Source: Candidatus Moraniibacteriota bacterium (GTDB lineage Bacteria > Patescibacteriota > Minisyncoccia > Moranbacterales > DUUL01). Taken from it: 64,000 bases of DNA. A program made the position numbers and the translations under genes. Below, piece by piece: positions 55,451 to 64,000 of the stretch. The notes below the pieces were generated by a model, which did no database searches, was not told the origin of the DNA, and saw only the letters and a program-made list of their open reading frames with translations. Position 1 is the first letter of the stretch, and each line of letters begins with the position of its first letter. The stretch covers positions 461-64,460 of the forward strand of contig JBFHFF010000006.1 of the NCBI GenBank assembly GCA_041583775.1. Direction: 5' to 3'.

Positions 55451-56938
55451 ATGAAATATATAATTTACGCTAGAAAATCTTCAGAGGGCGAAGACAGGCA
55501 GATTCAGTCAATCGATGATCAGATTGATTTTGCAAAGAAACTGGCTAGGGGAAAATGGTTTGGATGTAGTTGAAATATTCTTTGAATCAAAATCCGCAAA
55601 AGAACCTGGCGGAAAGGTTTTTAACGAAATGTTGGAATTTATAGAAAACCAAAAAGAAATTGGAATCATAACGTGGAAGTTGGATAGACTGACTAGAAAT
55701 CCTTTAGATAGTGGAAAAATTCAATGGCTTTCACAAACTGGAATCATTAAAGAAATTAGAACTTCCGATAGAACTTATTATCCAGAAGATAATGCTTTGA
55801 TTTATGCCGTAGAGTCAGGAATGGCAAATCAATATAGCAGAGATTTAAGCAAAAATGTTTTAAGGGGAATTCAGTCAAAATTAGAAAAAGGGATTTGGCC
55901 TAATCGTGCCCCAATGGGTTATTCGAATAAAAATAATCAAATTGTCATTGATAAAGAAAATTCAAAATATCTTAAAAGAGCTTTTGAATTATATTCAAGG
56001 GGGGATTGTAGTCTTAGAGAGGTTGCTAATATACTTTTTGCTGAAGGGTTTCGTTCAAGGGCTGGTTATAAATATCACAAAAGTAAACTATATAAGATTT
56101 TTTCAAATCCATTTTATTATGGGGTGATGTTTATGCATGGAGAATATTATTCAGGTATACACGAGCCCATTATTTCCAAAACCCTTTTTGATAAAGTTCA
56201 ACTTGCAATGAACGGAAGAAGTCACAGTAAAAAACAAAAACATTTATTTGCTTTTAGGGGAATGCTACATTGTGAAAAATGCGGTTGTCTTTTAACTGCT
56301 ACTAAGAAAAAAGGTTTTACTTATTATTATTGCACCAACGGAAGAGGCGAATGTGAAGAACACAAAAAGTATTTACGAAGTGAAAAAGTTGAAGCAATGT
56401 TAGCTGATTCATTGGGCAAGTTGAATCTTAGTGCTGAATCAGTTGAAATTATGTACCTATCCGTTAAAGAAGCAATTTCACACAAAAGAAACTATAAAGA
56501 GGAGCTGTTAAATACACCCTCAAAGGAGCTAAATTTAGTTAAGACGAAGAGGGAAAGGCTTTTAGACCTATATTGTGTTCATCAACCCTTTCCGCAGAGG
56601 TCTACAAACAAAAAGAAGGTCTTTTTAAAAAAGAAGAAGTTGATTTGAATGTTCGGATAGCTAAACTCAAAGGAAATCTAACCAAAGAGGTTTCTACTTT
56701 GGAACAGACAAAAAAAGTCTTTTTAAAGGCTTGTAATGCACAAAAAACATTTTTAGAGGCGACAGAATTGGGCAAAAGAAAAACGCTCCAAAATCTACTT
56801 TGGAACGTTACTTTTCAAAATCAAAAATTGTCTAATATAAGCTTCAAACCAGAGTTCGAAGTCATAGCTAAAGAGCCTAATTTGAATGATTTTGACAGAC
56901 TGCGGAGAGAGGGAGATTCGAACTCCCGGGACTCGTGA
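55451..56938 (+). pseudogene. Large serine recombinase interrupted by two single-nucleotide frameshifts
   Basis: N-terminal piece 55451-55573 (MKYIIYARKSSEGEDRQ..., catalytic Ser region) in frame 2; central piece 55515-56648 (KLDRLTRN..., recombinase and zinc-ribbon domains) in frame 0; C-terminal coiled-coil piece 56573-56938 in frame 2; shifts map to an A4 run near 55551-55554 and a ccc/ttt run near 56586-56590. Confidence 0.65.
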
Positions 56939-56989
56939 AAGCCCAACACCTTAGCAGGGTGCCCCTTTCAGCCACTCAGGCATCTCTCC
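56903..56989 (-). tRNA. tRNA-Ser (anticodon GCT) with long variable arm
   Basis: Reverse complement folds as ggagaga...GCT anticodon loop...long variable arm...GGGAGTTCGAATCTCCC T-arm...ctctctccg; the 3' end is overlapped by the recombinase C-terminal ORF. Confidence 0.85.
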
Positions 56990-57177
56990 ATTTGTTATTC
57001 TTTTTTCAAGATTTCAACTTTCTTAACTTATCATTTTATTATTAATTTGTCTAGCAGAGAGAGTCTGTCCAACATTAGTTTAGATGTATCTGTGGAGGCT
57101 TCTATAGATGTATCTAAGGAAGCTATTAAAAAATCGGCTTTTGCAAAAGAGCGGTTATATTCTCCATTGAGGAGGGT

Positions 57178-57185
57178 GGGGGGGG
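57178..57185. repeat. G8 homopolymer tract
   Basis: gggggggg in an otherwise AT-rich intergenic region beside the tRNA-Ser. Confidence 0.7.
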
Positions 57186-57575
57186 TAGGTTTCTTTTGCG
57201 GAGACCACATCTCATCCCATCTATCCCTTAAATCAAGAGACAGAACGAAGCTTTGTTTGCAACTTTGCAACCTTTGATGATATTATTAGTGAAAATATAA
57301 CAACTTTCATGATTATTGAAAAAACACATAAATTTTCAAAAAAATGGTATGCATCAATTGGAAGTTGGGAATTATTTTTGACTATTTTGTATTTTCAAAA
57401 AGGATAATCGTTTCATCTAGTGGACATCCTTTTTAACAGAAAGAGGGGAGATGAGAAGATTGGCCTTCGACCGATTCTTAATAAAATAAAAAGAAAAGAA
57501 ATCAAAAAATGCCCCCTTAGCAGTGTTTTTAAATTATCCCTCTTTATTTTTCTATAATATTTACTAGTATAAAAA

Positions 57576-58745
57576 ATGAAAACATTAATAACTAATAAGA
57601 GGGCATTTATCATCCTTGTAGTATTTCTAATTTCTCTACTGGTCTTTTTCTCTAGTTTTAAAATAACTAGTAAGAAGGTGTGGGTTGATGAGAAGGAAGA
57701 TATTCAGGAGCGCTTAGATGTTGAAATTACAGAAGAAAATGAAGACCTCGAAGAGGGTTTGGAGAATGAAATAGAGGCATATATAGAAGAAGATATCAGT
57801 GAATTGGATATTATCGAAGAAACGGAAATGATTGAAGAAGTTGAATCCAAAGAAGAGGTTGAGGAATTTGAAGAGTCCGAGGAAGGTTTCTTGGAGGCAT
57901 TACCCCTTGCTAGTAAGGAGTATGGAGAAAATGAACTTAAAGTTGGCTTTATTACGGATATTCATGCAAAATCAAATGCGGGAAAGAGCAGAGACATGAG
58001 AATAATCAAGGAAATTTTTAAAGAGAGAATAAATCATTTCACAGATGAAATGAATAATAATTTTAATCCTGACTTTATAGTAATTAATGGTGATGTCATA
58101 GAAGGAACTGGTAGGGATGGAGAAGTTGGAAGTGGAGAATTGAGTTCGGTTAAGAAACTTTTTGATAAAACCCTAATTCCTAAATATTGGGTCTTAGGAA
58201 ATCACGATCTGAGAGCAGTTGATAAAGATACTTGGAAAAAGTCTTTGGGGATTGATTATTTGGTGAAATCTTTTGATGTTAGGAATTACAGAATAATCAT
58301 TATGGATAGTAACTATGATAAAAGTAATAATGATATTAGGCCGGGGGAATATTACACTCGTGGGAATGTTTCTGCAAAACAAATTGAATGGCTTAAAAAA
58401 GAGCTTAAGACTGACAAAAAGAAAGTTGTTTTTATACACCACCCGCCAATCTGGAGCGTTGATGTTCATTCTAATAGTGGATTGCCACTTAATGCCCTGA
58501 AATTGCAAAAAGTTTTTAAGGATAACAATGTTACGGCCGTTTTCTCTGGACACATTGAAGATTTTTATTTTGACAAAATTGATGAGGTTAAATATTTTGT
58601 TTTTCCTGGAGTTGTGAAGAACGAAAAATATCAAGGAACTTTTGCTGAATTAAATTTTAAGGATGAAGAAGTTGAAATTAATGTTAGTTATATAGGGGGT
58701 AATGATAAATATAGAAAAATTAATCTTAAAGAAATTATAGAATAG
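57576..58745 (+). CDS. Calcineurin-like metallophosphoesterase with N-terminal TM and acidic linker
   Basis: GDVIEG, GNHD, FIHHPP and GHIE phosphoesterase motifs. Confidence 0.7.
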   Translation: MKTLITNKRAFIILVVFLISLLVFFSSFKITSKKVWVDEKEDIQERLDVEITEENEDLEEGLENEIEAYIEEDISELDIIEETEMIEEVESKEEVEEFEESEEGFLEALPLASKEYGENELKVGFITDIHAKSNAGKSRDMRIIKEIFKERINHFTDEMNNNFNPDFIVINGDVIEGTGRDGEVGSGELSSVKKLFDKTLIPKYWVLGNHDLRAVDKDTWKKSLGIDYLVKSFDVRNYRIIIMDSNYDKSNNDIRPGEYYTRGNVSAKQIEWLKKELKTDKKKVVFIHHPPIWSVDVHSNSGLPLNALKLQKVFKDNNVTAVFSGHIEDFYFDKIDEVKYFVFPGVVKNEKYQGTFAELNFKDEEVEINVSYIGGNDKYRKINLKEIIE

Positions 58746-58749
58746 AGTG

Positions 58750-59559
58750 TTAATAGTGATTCACCACCACAGTACTTGGAGTCCCAGCGGTAACCTTCAG
58801 AGCCCTTTGAGTTTCTGATAGACTTGGATTGGTGACTGAGAATATATATTCAGCATCACCGCGGGTAAGGTTTGTGCAGCCTGAACTTTGCTGACTCCCA
58901 AATTTATCATGCCAATAAGTTCCATGAATTGCGTAGGAGCCAAAATAGAACATAGTGTGTGGGACATTAGGAAGATCATACGCACGCGGCACTATTGGTG
59001 GGGCAAGATTCATTCTTATGCTACGCGTCTTGTACCACACTCGAAAAGTTCCTGTGATTGTCGGTGCATCACGCCTTCCCGTTGCTACATAGGTTGCAAA
59101 TACAGGGGTGTCCCCTTGCGAGAGGGTGAGCACCTTTTTAGTCAAATCAACATCAATCCAGTATTCGTTTTGAGTGACCCCATTTGGACGCACTAAATTT
59201 TCAGGTGGCGTTGGTTGATCAATTTTGCTCACAAGTCCTGAAAAAACATATGCTCCTGGATACGCCCCTCCATCAACTTGGTACCATTTATCATTTCCGT
59301 CTATATTCTCACCACTTACGGTTTTTAATACTTTAACTCTATTAATAGAATTAAAGGCCCCTAATTTTTGTGATTTACTACTTGGTTCCTTGCGTGCAAT
59401 CACGGAGTTGTAGTCAATTTTTCCCCACCAAGCACCTCGCTGAAGGTCAGTGCTTTTTGCTTTTGTAATTAGAATGTTTGAAATAAACAATCCAATGATT
59501 AGCAAAACAGCCAATAATATGTGAATTTGCTTTTTCATAATTTTATTTTTAATGTTCAT
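58750..59559 (-). CDS. L,D-transpeptidase (YkuD) domain protein
   Basis: HGTYWHDKFGSQQSSGCTNL catalytic His/Cys region; signal/TM N-terminus. Confidence 0.65.
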   Translation of the reverse strand: MNIKNKIMKKQIHILLAVLLIIGLFISNILITKAKSTDLQRGAWWGKIDYNSVIARKEPSSKSQKLGAFNSINRVKVLKTVSGENIDGNDKWYQVDGGAYPGAYVFSGLVSKIDQPTPPENLVRPNGVTQNEYWIDVDLTKKVLTLSQGDTPVFATYVATGRRDAPTITGTFRVWYKTRSIRMNLAPPIVPRAYDLPNVPHTMFYFGSYAIHGTYWHDKFGSQQSSGCTNLTRGDAEYIFSVTNPSLSETQRALKVTAGTPSTVVVNHY

Positions 59560-59698
59560 CTTTACCTTAATTAAAGCATAAATTTAGCTTTTTTTCAACG
59601 GTGGTATTTGAAATTCTGTTTCAAATTTTAATTCAATAAAATAGAGATGCGCAAATATGATGAGGTAGAAATAAAAAAATACCTTTTGTTTTAATGCT

Positions 59699-60463
59699 TT
59701 AGCTCTGTCTTGCTAACACAATCGCTGAAATTGATTTAGGGTGTAATTTTCTTAGCTCTTTTGCGCATTCACCTATAGTGGAGCCGGTTGTGCAAACATC
59801 GTCCACCAAGAGAATCCTTTTGGTTTTGATTTTTTCGTAAAAATCTTTGTTTGCCACAAAGCAATCTTTTATATTTTCTTGTCTTGCTTCATAATTTTTT
59901 ACTTTCATTTGAGGTTTTGTAAAATGTTTGCGTTGAATCGCGTTTGGCAGTACTTCAATTTCTATTCCTGGAAGGAGATTTTTAGAGATAATATTTGCGA
60001 GTAACTCTGATTGATTAAATCCTCGCCAACGCAATCTTTTGTTGTGTAAAGGTATCGGGATTATCACATCTGGAGCAGGAAAACTCCCCAAATGTAGCAT
60101 TGTTTTGACAATTAACATTCCTAATGGATCCGCTAAGTCACTTACAAAATTATATTTAAAAGAATGAATGGCCTTTGATAATAGCTTGTCTTTATAATCA
60201 GAGACTACAAAAAGTCTATTAATAGGAGAGTCCCAGGTTTCTTTGCAAAGTTTGCAAATATCGCCATTGGTGATGATGGTTTTCTCGCAGATAGGGCAAA
60301 CTTGAAAAGAATTTTTAGGAATTTTCTCTAAGCACTTCTCGCAAATAAAAGCACCTTCTTTTCTGCAATGAAGGCACTTTATGGGAAAAACAATGTCGGC
60401 GAAAAAATCCGATAACTTAGATAGACTGTCTGTTATTTTATTTTTTGATGATATCTGCAACAA
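59699..60463 (-). CDS. comF: ComF-family phosphoribosyltransferase-domain protein
   Basis: N-terminal double Cys zinc ribbon (CLHC...CEKC, CPIC...CKLC) and PRT motif ILLVDDVCTTGSTI. Confidence 0.75.
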   Translation of the reverse strand: MLQISSKNKITDSLSKLSDFFADIVFPIKCLHCRKEGAFICEKCLEKIPKNSFQVCPICEKTIITNGDICKLCKETWDSPINRLFVVSDYKDKLLSKAIHSFKYNFVSDLADPLGMLIVKTMLHLGSFPAPDVIIPIPLHNKRLRWRGFNQSELLANIISKNLLPGIEIEVLPNAIQRKHFTKPQMKVKNYEARQENIKDCFVANKDFYEKIKTKRILLVDDVCTTGSTIGECAKELRKLHPKSISAIVLARQS

Positions 60464-62897
60464 TTTTTTCTTTTTTGTTTGAAATTGATATTTTGGCGAT
60501 ATTTTTATTTGAAACTATTTTGTGAGCAATGACAGGTTCAATAGAATCTTGGATGTGCTTTCTGATTTGTCTTGCTCCTAGTTCTGAGAGTTTACTTTTT
60601 TTGGAAATGAATCTGATAATTGATTTATCAAAATCAAACTCAATTGAACGCTGTGCCAATCTTTCTTTTAGAGCTCCCAGCTCTTTTTTTATAATAGCTT
60701 CAATATTTTTGCTTGAAAGTGTGTTGAATGGCAAAATGTGATCTAAACGGTTGACGAGTTCTGGTGAAAGAATTTCCTCAATTTGCTCAATGATAGAATT
60801 TGTAATTTCCTCATAATTAGATTTTTTGGGAAGATTTTTCTTGTTAAAGCCTAGTTCTGAAATTTTATTTAGTTCCTCAACACCAATATTTGATGTCAAA
60901 ACAACAATAGTATTCCTGAAATTAATTCTTCTTCCTTTTGAATCTGAAACTTCACCTTCTTCAAGGATTTGTAACAAAATGTTTAATATTGAAGGATCAG
61001 CCTTTTCAATTTCATCGAAAAGGACAACACTATATGGATTGCGTCTTACTTTGTTAGCGAATTCGCCACTTTCTTCATATCCAATATAACCAGCTGGTGC
61101 GCCAAGTAATCTTGAGACAGTATGTTTCTCCATAAACTCACTCATATTGATTTGAATCAATCCATCTTGGTGTGAAGTGGGAGAGATTGCAGATGCTAGT
61201 AGTTTTGCGCAATGAGTTTTTCCAACTCCAGAAGGTCCAACAAAAAGAAATGACCCTAATGGGCGGTTGGGGTTTGAAATTCCACTAACTTGTCTTAGGA
61301 TTGTATTTGAAATATGCTCTCTAACTTTTATTTGTCCAAATAAACCCTGTCTAAGCGTGAGATTAACTTTTTTAGTTATCGCATTATTGTCTTGTGTTAA
61401 AATTTCCTTTGGGATTCCAGATAGTTTAGCTAGTGTATTCTTAACTTCTTCGGCAGTTACGATGACCTTTTCTTTTTCGGTTTGTTTTGCAAGTTCTTTT
61501 TTCAATTTTTCCAATATTGTGATGTTTTTGTTTTCTTCAGCCCTCATTCTAATGGCATCTTCGTAACGATCGCCGATTACTAGAAGTTCTTTTTCTGATT
61601 TAATTCTTTCAATTTTTTCCTCTATTTTTTTAATTTTTCGATAAATTAAATTATCAGAATTTATAGAGCGTAAACGAGAAGCTGTTTCGTCAATCAAATC
61701 TATTGCGCTATCTGGAAGATTTCTTTCTGGTAAATATCTTTTTGCAAAGATGGCCGCAGTTTTATTTGCATCATCTAATATTGATACATTGTGAAATTTT
61801 TCATATGATTTTTTAATGCCATCAAGAATCTTTTTAGTTTCCCCTATGCTGGGCTCTTTTACTATAATTGGTTGCAACCTTCTTTCCAATGCAGCATCTT
61901 TTTCAATATGTTTTCGATATTCTTCAATCGTTGTTGCTCCAATTAGTTGAATTTCTCCCCTTGAAAGAATTGGTTTTAATAGGTTAGCAGCATCCATTCC
62001 ACCAGCGGAATTTCCAGCCCCAATTAGGTTGTGAATTTCATCAATAAAAAGAATGATGTTCGGATTTTTTTGAACTTGGTTTATAATATCTTTCAATCTA
62101 GCCTCAAATTCACCTCTAAAGGTTGTTCCAGCGATTAAAAGTCCAAGGTCTAGACTTAGAATTTTTTTGCCACACAAGTAGTATTCAGCAGTTCCTTCTT
62201 GAATTTTTTTCGCTAAACCTTCAACTATTGCAGTTTTTCCAACGCCTGGGTCACCAATTAATACAGGATTATTTTTCATTTTTCGTCCCAATATATGTGA
62301 AATTCTTTCCAGTTCATATTCTCTTCCAACCAGGACATGATCCTCTTGAGATTTTGCAGTTAAATCTGTATAGAAATTTTTATCAGAAGATTGTCTCTTG
62401 ATGTTTTGTGGGCTATTTGGGTTGAAAAAGTTTTCAATAATGGCATTGAGTTCACCAAAAAAATCATTTTGTGAAGGATTTTTCCCGGTTGGGGCATTGG
62501 AAATTGTAGCACCATTTTTTTTGGAGGATATTTTTACTTTTTTTTGTATTACATTTTTTGATATTTCCGGGATATCTAGGATTTCATTTGCTAAGTGTTC
62601 AGTTCCAATGAAAGAACTTTTCGTTATAAAAGCAGTTTTTATTGCTCTATTGATTATGTCCTGAGCAGTTAAAGAATTCTTTTTTAACGGTAGTTTTATT
62701 TGATTTTTCACTTTGAATTTTGTTAAAATATTTTTTGGTAATGTTGTTTCAAGAATTGTTTTCCCAAAACTCCCTTCTTGTTTTAAGAGTGCTTGTATTA
62801 AAAGTCTCGCATCAATTGATGTTAACTTTTTTGAAGAATTAATTCGTTTCAATTTGGCTATTGCTAACTGAGCTTTTTTGGTAAATCGCTTGCGCAT
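60438..62897 (-). CDS. clpC: Clp/Hsp100 AAA+ chaperone (ClpC-like) ATP-binding subunit
   Basis: Clp_N region; two Walker A sites [18 protein letters not shown] and [19 protein letters not shown]; overlaps the comF start by 26 nt. Confidence 0.85.
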   Translation of the reverse strand: MRKRFTKKAQLAIAKLKRINSSKKLTSIDARLLIQALLKQEGSFGKTILETTLPKNILTKFKVKNQIKLPLKKNSLTAQDIINRAIKTAFITKSSFIGTEHLANEILDIPEISKNVIQKKVKISSKKNGATISNAPTGKNPSQNDFFGELNAIIENFFNPNSPQNIKRQSSDKNFYTDLTAKSQEDHVLVGREYELERISHILGRKMKNNPVLIGDPGVGKTAIVEGLAKKIQEGTAEYYLCGKKILSLDLGLLIAGTTFRGEFEARLKDIINQVQKNPNIILFIDEIHNLIGAGNSAGGMDAANLLKPILSRGEIQLIGATTIEEYRKHIEKDAALERRLQPIIVKEPSIGETKKILDGIKKSYEKFHNVSILDDANKTAAIFAKRYLPERNLPDSAIDLIDETASRLRSINSDNLIYRKIKKIEEKIERIKSEKELLVIGDRYEDAIRMRAEENKNITILEKLKKELAKQTEKEKVIVTAEEVKNTLAKLSGIPKEILTQDNNAITKKVNLTLRQGLFGQIKVREHISNTILRQVSGISNPNRPLGSFLFVGPSGVGKTHCAKLLASAISPTSHQDGLIQINMSEFMEKHTVSRLLGAPAGYIGYEESGEFANKVRRNPYSVVLFDEIEKADPSILNILLQILEEGEVSDSKGRRINFRNTIVVLTSNIGVEELNKISELGFNKKNLPKKSNYEEITNSIIEQIEEILSPELVNRLDHILPFNTLSSKNIEAIIKKELGALKERLAQRSIEFDFDKSIIRFISKKSKLSELGARQIRKHIQDSIEPVIAHKIVSNKNIAKISISNKKEKIVADIIKK

Positions 62898-63075
62898 TGT
62901 TCGAACCGTGATATAATTAAATTAACTTTATGTTTATAGGATATTGTATCACTTTTTTATTTGAAAGTAAATATAATAATTCTATTTTCAATTAAGCGGA
63001 TATAAACTTTGAATCTTATCTTGAGGATTTTTAGCTATAACTATCGAACGAAAAATAAAAAGATAAAAAGAAAAA

Positions 63076-64000
63076 ATGGATAGTGGTAAGATTTCTATTT
63101 TTCACAAAATGAAGGATGGTTTGTTGAGTGGATTATTGGGCGGGGATAAAAATGTTTCCGTTGGTGTTGATGTAGGCAGTGCTAGTATCAAAGTTGTTGT
63201 TTTGGAGAGAATTGGTAATGCAATTCATTTAAAAAATTATGCTATTGCTAAAAGTAAGGAAGAAATAATAAAACCAGGAACAGTTGGTGTTATTAGTGAT
63301 GAGGCAAGTGAATTGATTGAGAAGACGATGAAAGAGGCTGAAGTTACGAAGAATTATGTGCAGGCGGCAGTGCCTAGTTTTTCTTCTTTAATAACAGCAA
63401 TAGAGATACCTAGAACTGCTAAAAAAGAGATTGATGAAATAATTCAAAATGAAGCACCAAAATACATCCCGGTTCAGTTGTCTGATGTGGTTTATGGTTG
63501 GCAATTAATAGATGAAGGAAATGAGGATATTGAGGAAGATGCAATTCCTGGCGTGAGAAGAGATGGGAATATACACATCTTATTGGTAGCAATTATGCGC
63601 GAAATTAGTACTCAATATGAAAAAGTTTTTTCTGCGGCTGGTTTGAAAATAGATTCTTTGGAAATTGATGCATTTTCTCTGACGAGAGCACTGGTTGGCG
63701 ACAATAAAAAACCTCATTTGATTTTGGATATTGGTCATAAGGTTTGTAATATTGTTGCAGTTGCGAATGGTAATGTTTTGCTCAATAGAACGATTGATAT
63801 CGCAGGTGACAGGATTACCAAAACAATAGCTAGGAGTTTGGGTATTGATTCTCAAAGGGCTGAGAAAATTAAATATAGTCAAGGGATGAAAGCAGGCGAA
63901 GCCCAAGGTGGAACAGAGATGATTGGTCAGATTATGGATACTGTTGTTTCTGAGATTAGAAAAACTAATATGGCTATCAAGAAGACATATGAAGGTATAG
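63076..64000 (+). CDS. pilM: Second PilM-like type IV pilus assembly protein (truncated by window end)
   Basis: Actin-fold N-terminus VGVDVGSASIKVVVLE ... LDIGHKVCNIVAVANG; ORF runs off the window. Confidence 0.6.
   Translation, partial: MDSGKISIFHKMKDGLLSGLLGGDKNVSVGVDVGSASIKVVVLERIGNAIHLKNYAIAKSKEEIIKPGTVGVISDEASELIEKTMKEAEVTKNYVQAAVPSFSSLITAIEIPRTAKKEIDEIIQNEAPKYIPVQLSDVVYGWQLIDEGNEDIEEDAIPGVRRDGNIHILLVAIMREISTQYEKVFSAAGLKIDSLEIDAFSLTRALVGDNKKPHLILDIGHKVCNIVAVANGNVLLNRTIDIAGDRITKTIARSLGIDSQRAEKIKYSQGMKAGEAQGGTEMIGQIMDTVVSEIRKTNMAIKKTYEGI

Larger units (their letters stand above)
53050..56990 (+). mobile_element. Integrated small rolling-circle Rep / serine recombinase element adjacent to tRNA-Ser (boundaries approximate)
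   Basis: Co-oriented block of hypothetical genes, pC194-family Rep and large serine recombinase whose C-terminus overlaps the tRNA-Ser 3' end; the left boundary was not resolved. Confidence 0.5.

Noticed and set aside
55515-55573. Treating ORF 55515-56648 (start MIRLILQRNWLGENG) as an intact recombinase gene
   Set aside because: The catalytic-serine N-terminus (YARKSSEGEDRQ) is encoded upstream in a different frame from ATG 55451, so the ORF-track start is an artefact of the frameshift.
57031-57277. Two overlapping ORFs of about 76 aa on opposite strands beside the tRNA-Ser
   Set aside because: They overlap each other, contain the G8 tract and direct repeats, and have no RBS or homology-like features. 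Treated as non-coding flank.
1-64000. CRISPR arrays and rRNA genes
   Set aside because: No regularly spaced direct repeats with unique spacers were found. The repeat sets present are either coding (GIGTTSP modules) or the three intergenic cassette modules, which are 0.6-0.7 kb apart and flank full genes. No 16S/23S/5S-like sequence was seen.
1-64000. Alternative genetic code (UGA recoded, as in some CPR lineages)
   Set aside because: Highly conserved genes (ychF, ung, murC, clpC-like, phosphomannomutase) give full-length products under the standard code and end at ordinary stops. The one in-frame stop noticed (12083-12085) is TAA, not TGA.

Overview
AT-rich (about 35% GC) bacterial chromosomal segment read with the standard genetic code: conserved genes such as ychF, ung and clpC end at ordinary stop codons. 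The gene content points to a Patescibacteria/CPR-like organism (inference): small genome-style housekeeping genes (ychF, ung, maf, murC, galU, tsaE, clpC-like, comF, lexA-like, RNase P RNA), two type IV pilus loci (pilM-N-O with a vWA adhesin-like protein and a PilX-like protein, plus a second pilM at the window end), and a 2.46-kaa repetitive surface fibre protein ending in a phage-tail-fibre-type intramolecular chaperone domain. The clearest accessory feature is a roughly 3.9-kb integrated element at 53.1-56.9 kb. It carries a pC194-family rolling-circle Rep (FLTLT / HYH / YxxKY motifs) and a large serine recombinase broken by two single-nucleotide frameshifts in homopolymer runs, and it sits against a tRNA-Ser(GCU). 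Immediately upstream (47.1-52.9 kb, minus strand) is a co-oriented cassette-like cluster: an 1181-aa TPR protein with an unassigned N-terminal domain, a SpoT/Mesh1-like small alarmone hydrolase, an internally duplicated protein, a small Cys-rich peptide with a strong Shine-Dalgarno sequence, and a membrane protein. The first three genes are each followed by a copy of the same 70-200 bp intergenic module (conserved post-stop box, hairpin terminator, TTGATA, extended -10). This looks like a small mobile or defence-associated island. Other points: a 690-bp non-coding region (2.75-3.44 kb) with a near-consensus promoter, a tRNA-like T-arm/acceptor minihelix and a terminator (candidate sRNA); a COG0701-like permease split by one in-frame TAA; a triple GTAAACA direct repeat at the lexA-like promoter; an orphan FabZ-like hotdog gene; a (AATA)6 microsatellite; and a G8 tract with 11-bp direct repeats beside the tRNA-Ser. 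No CRISPR array or rRNA gene is present.
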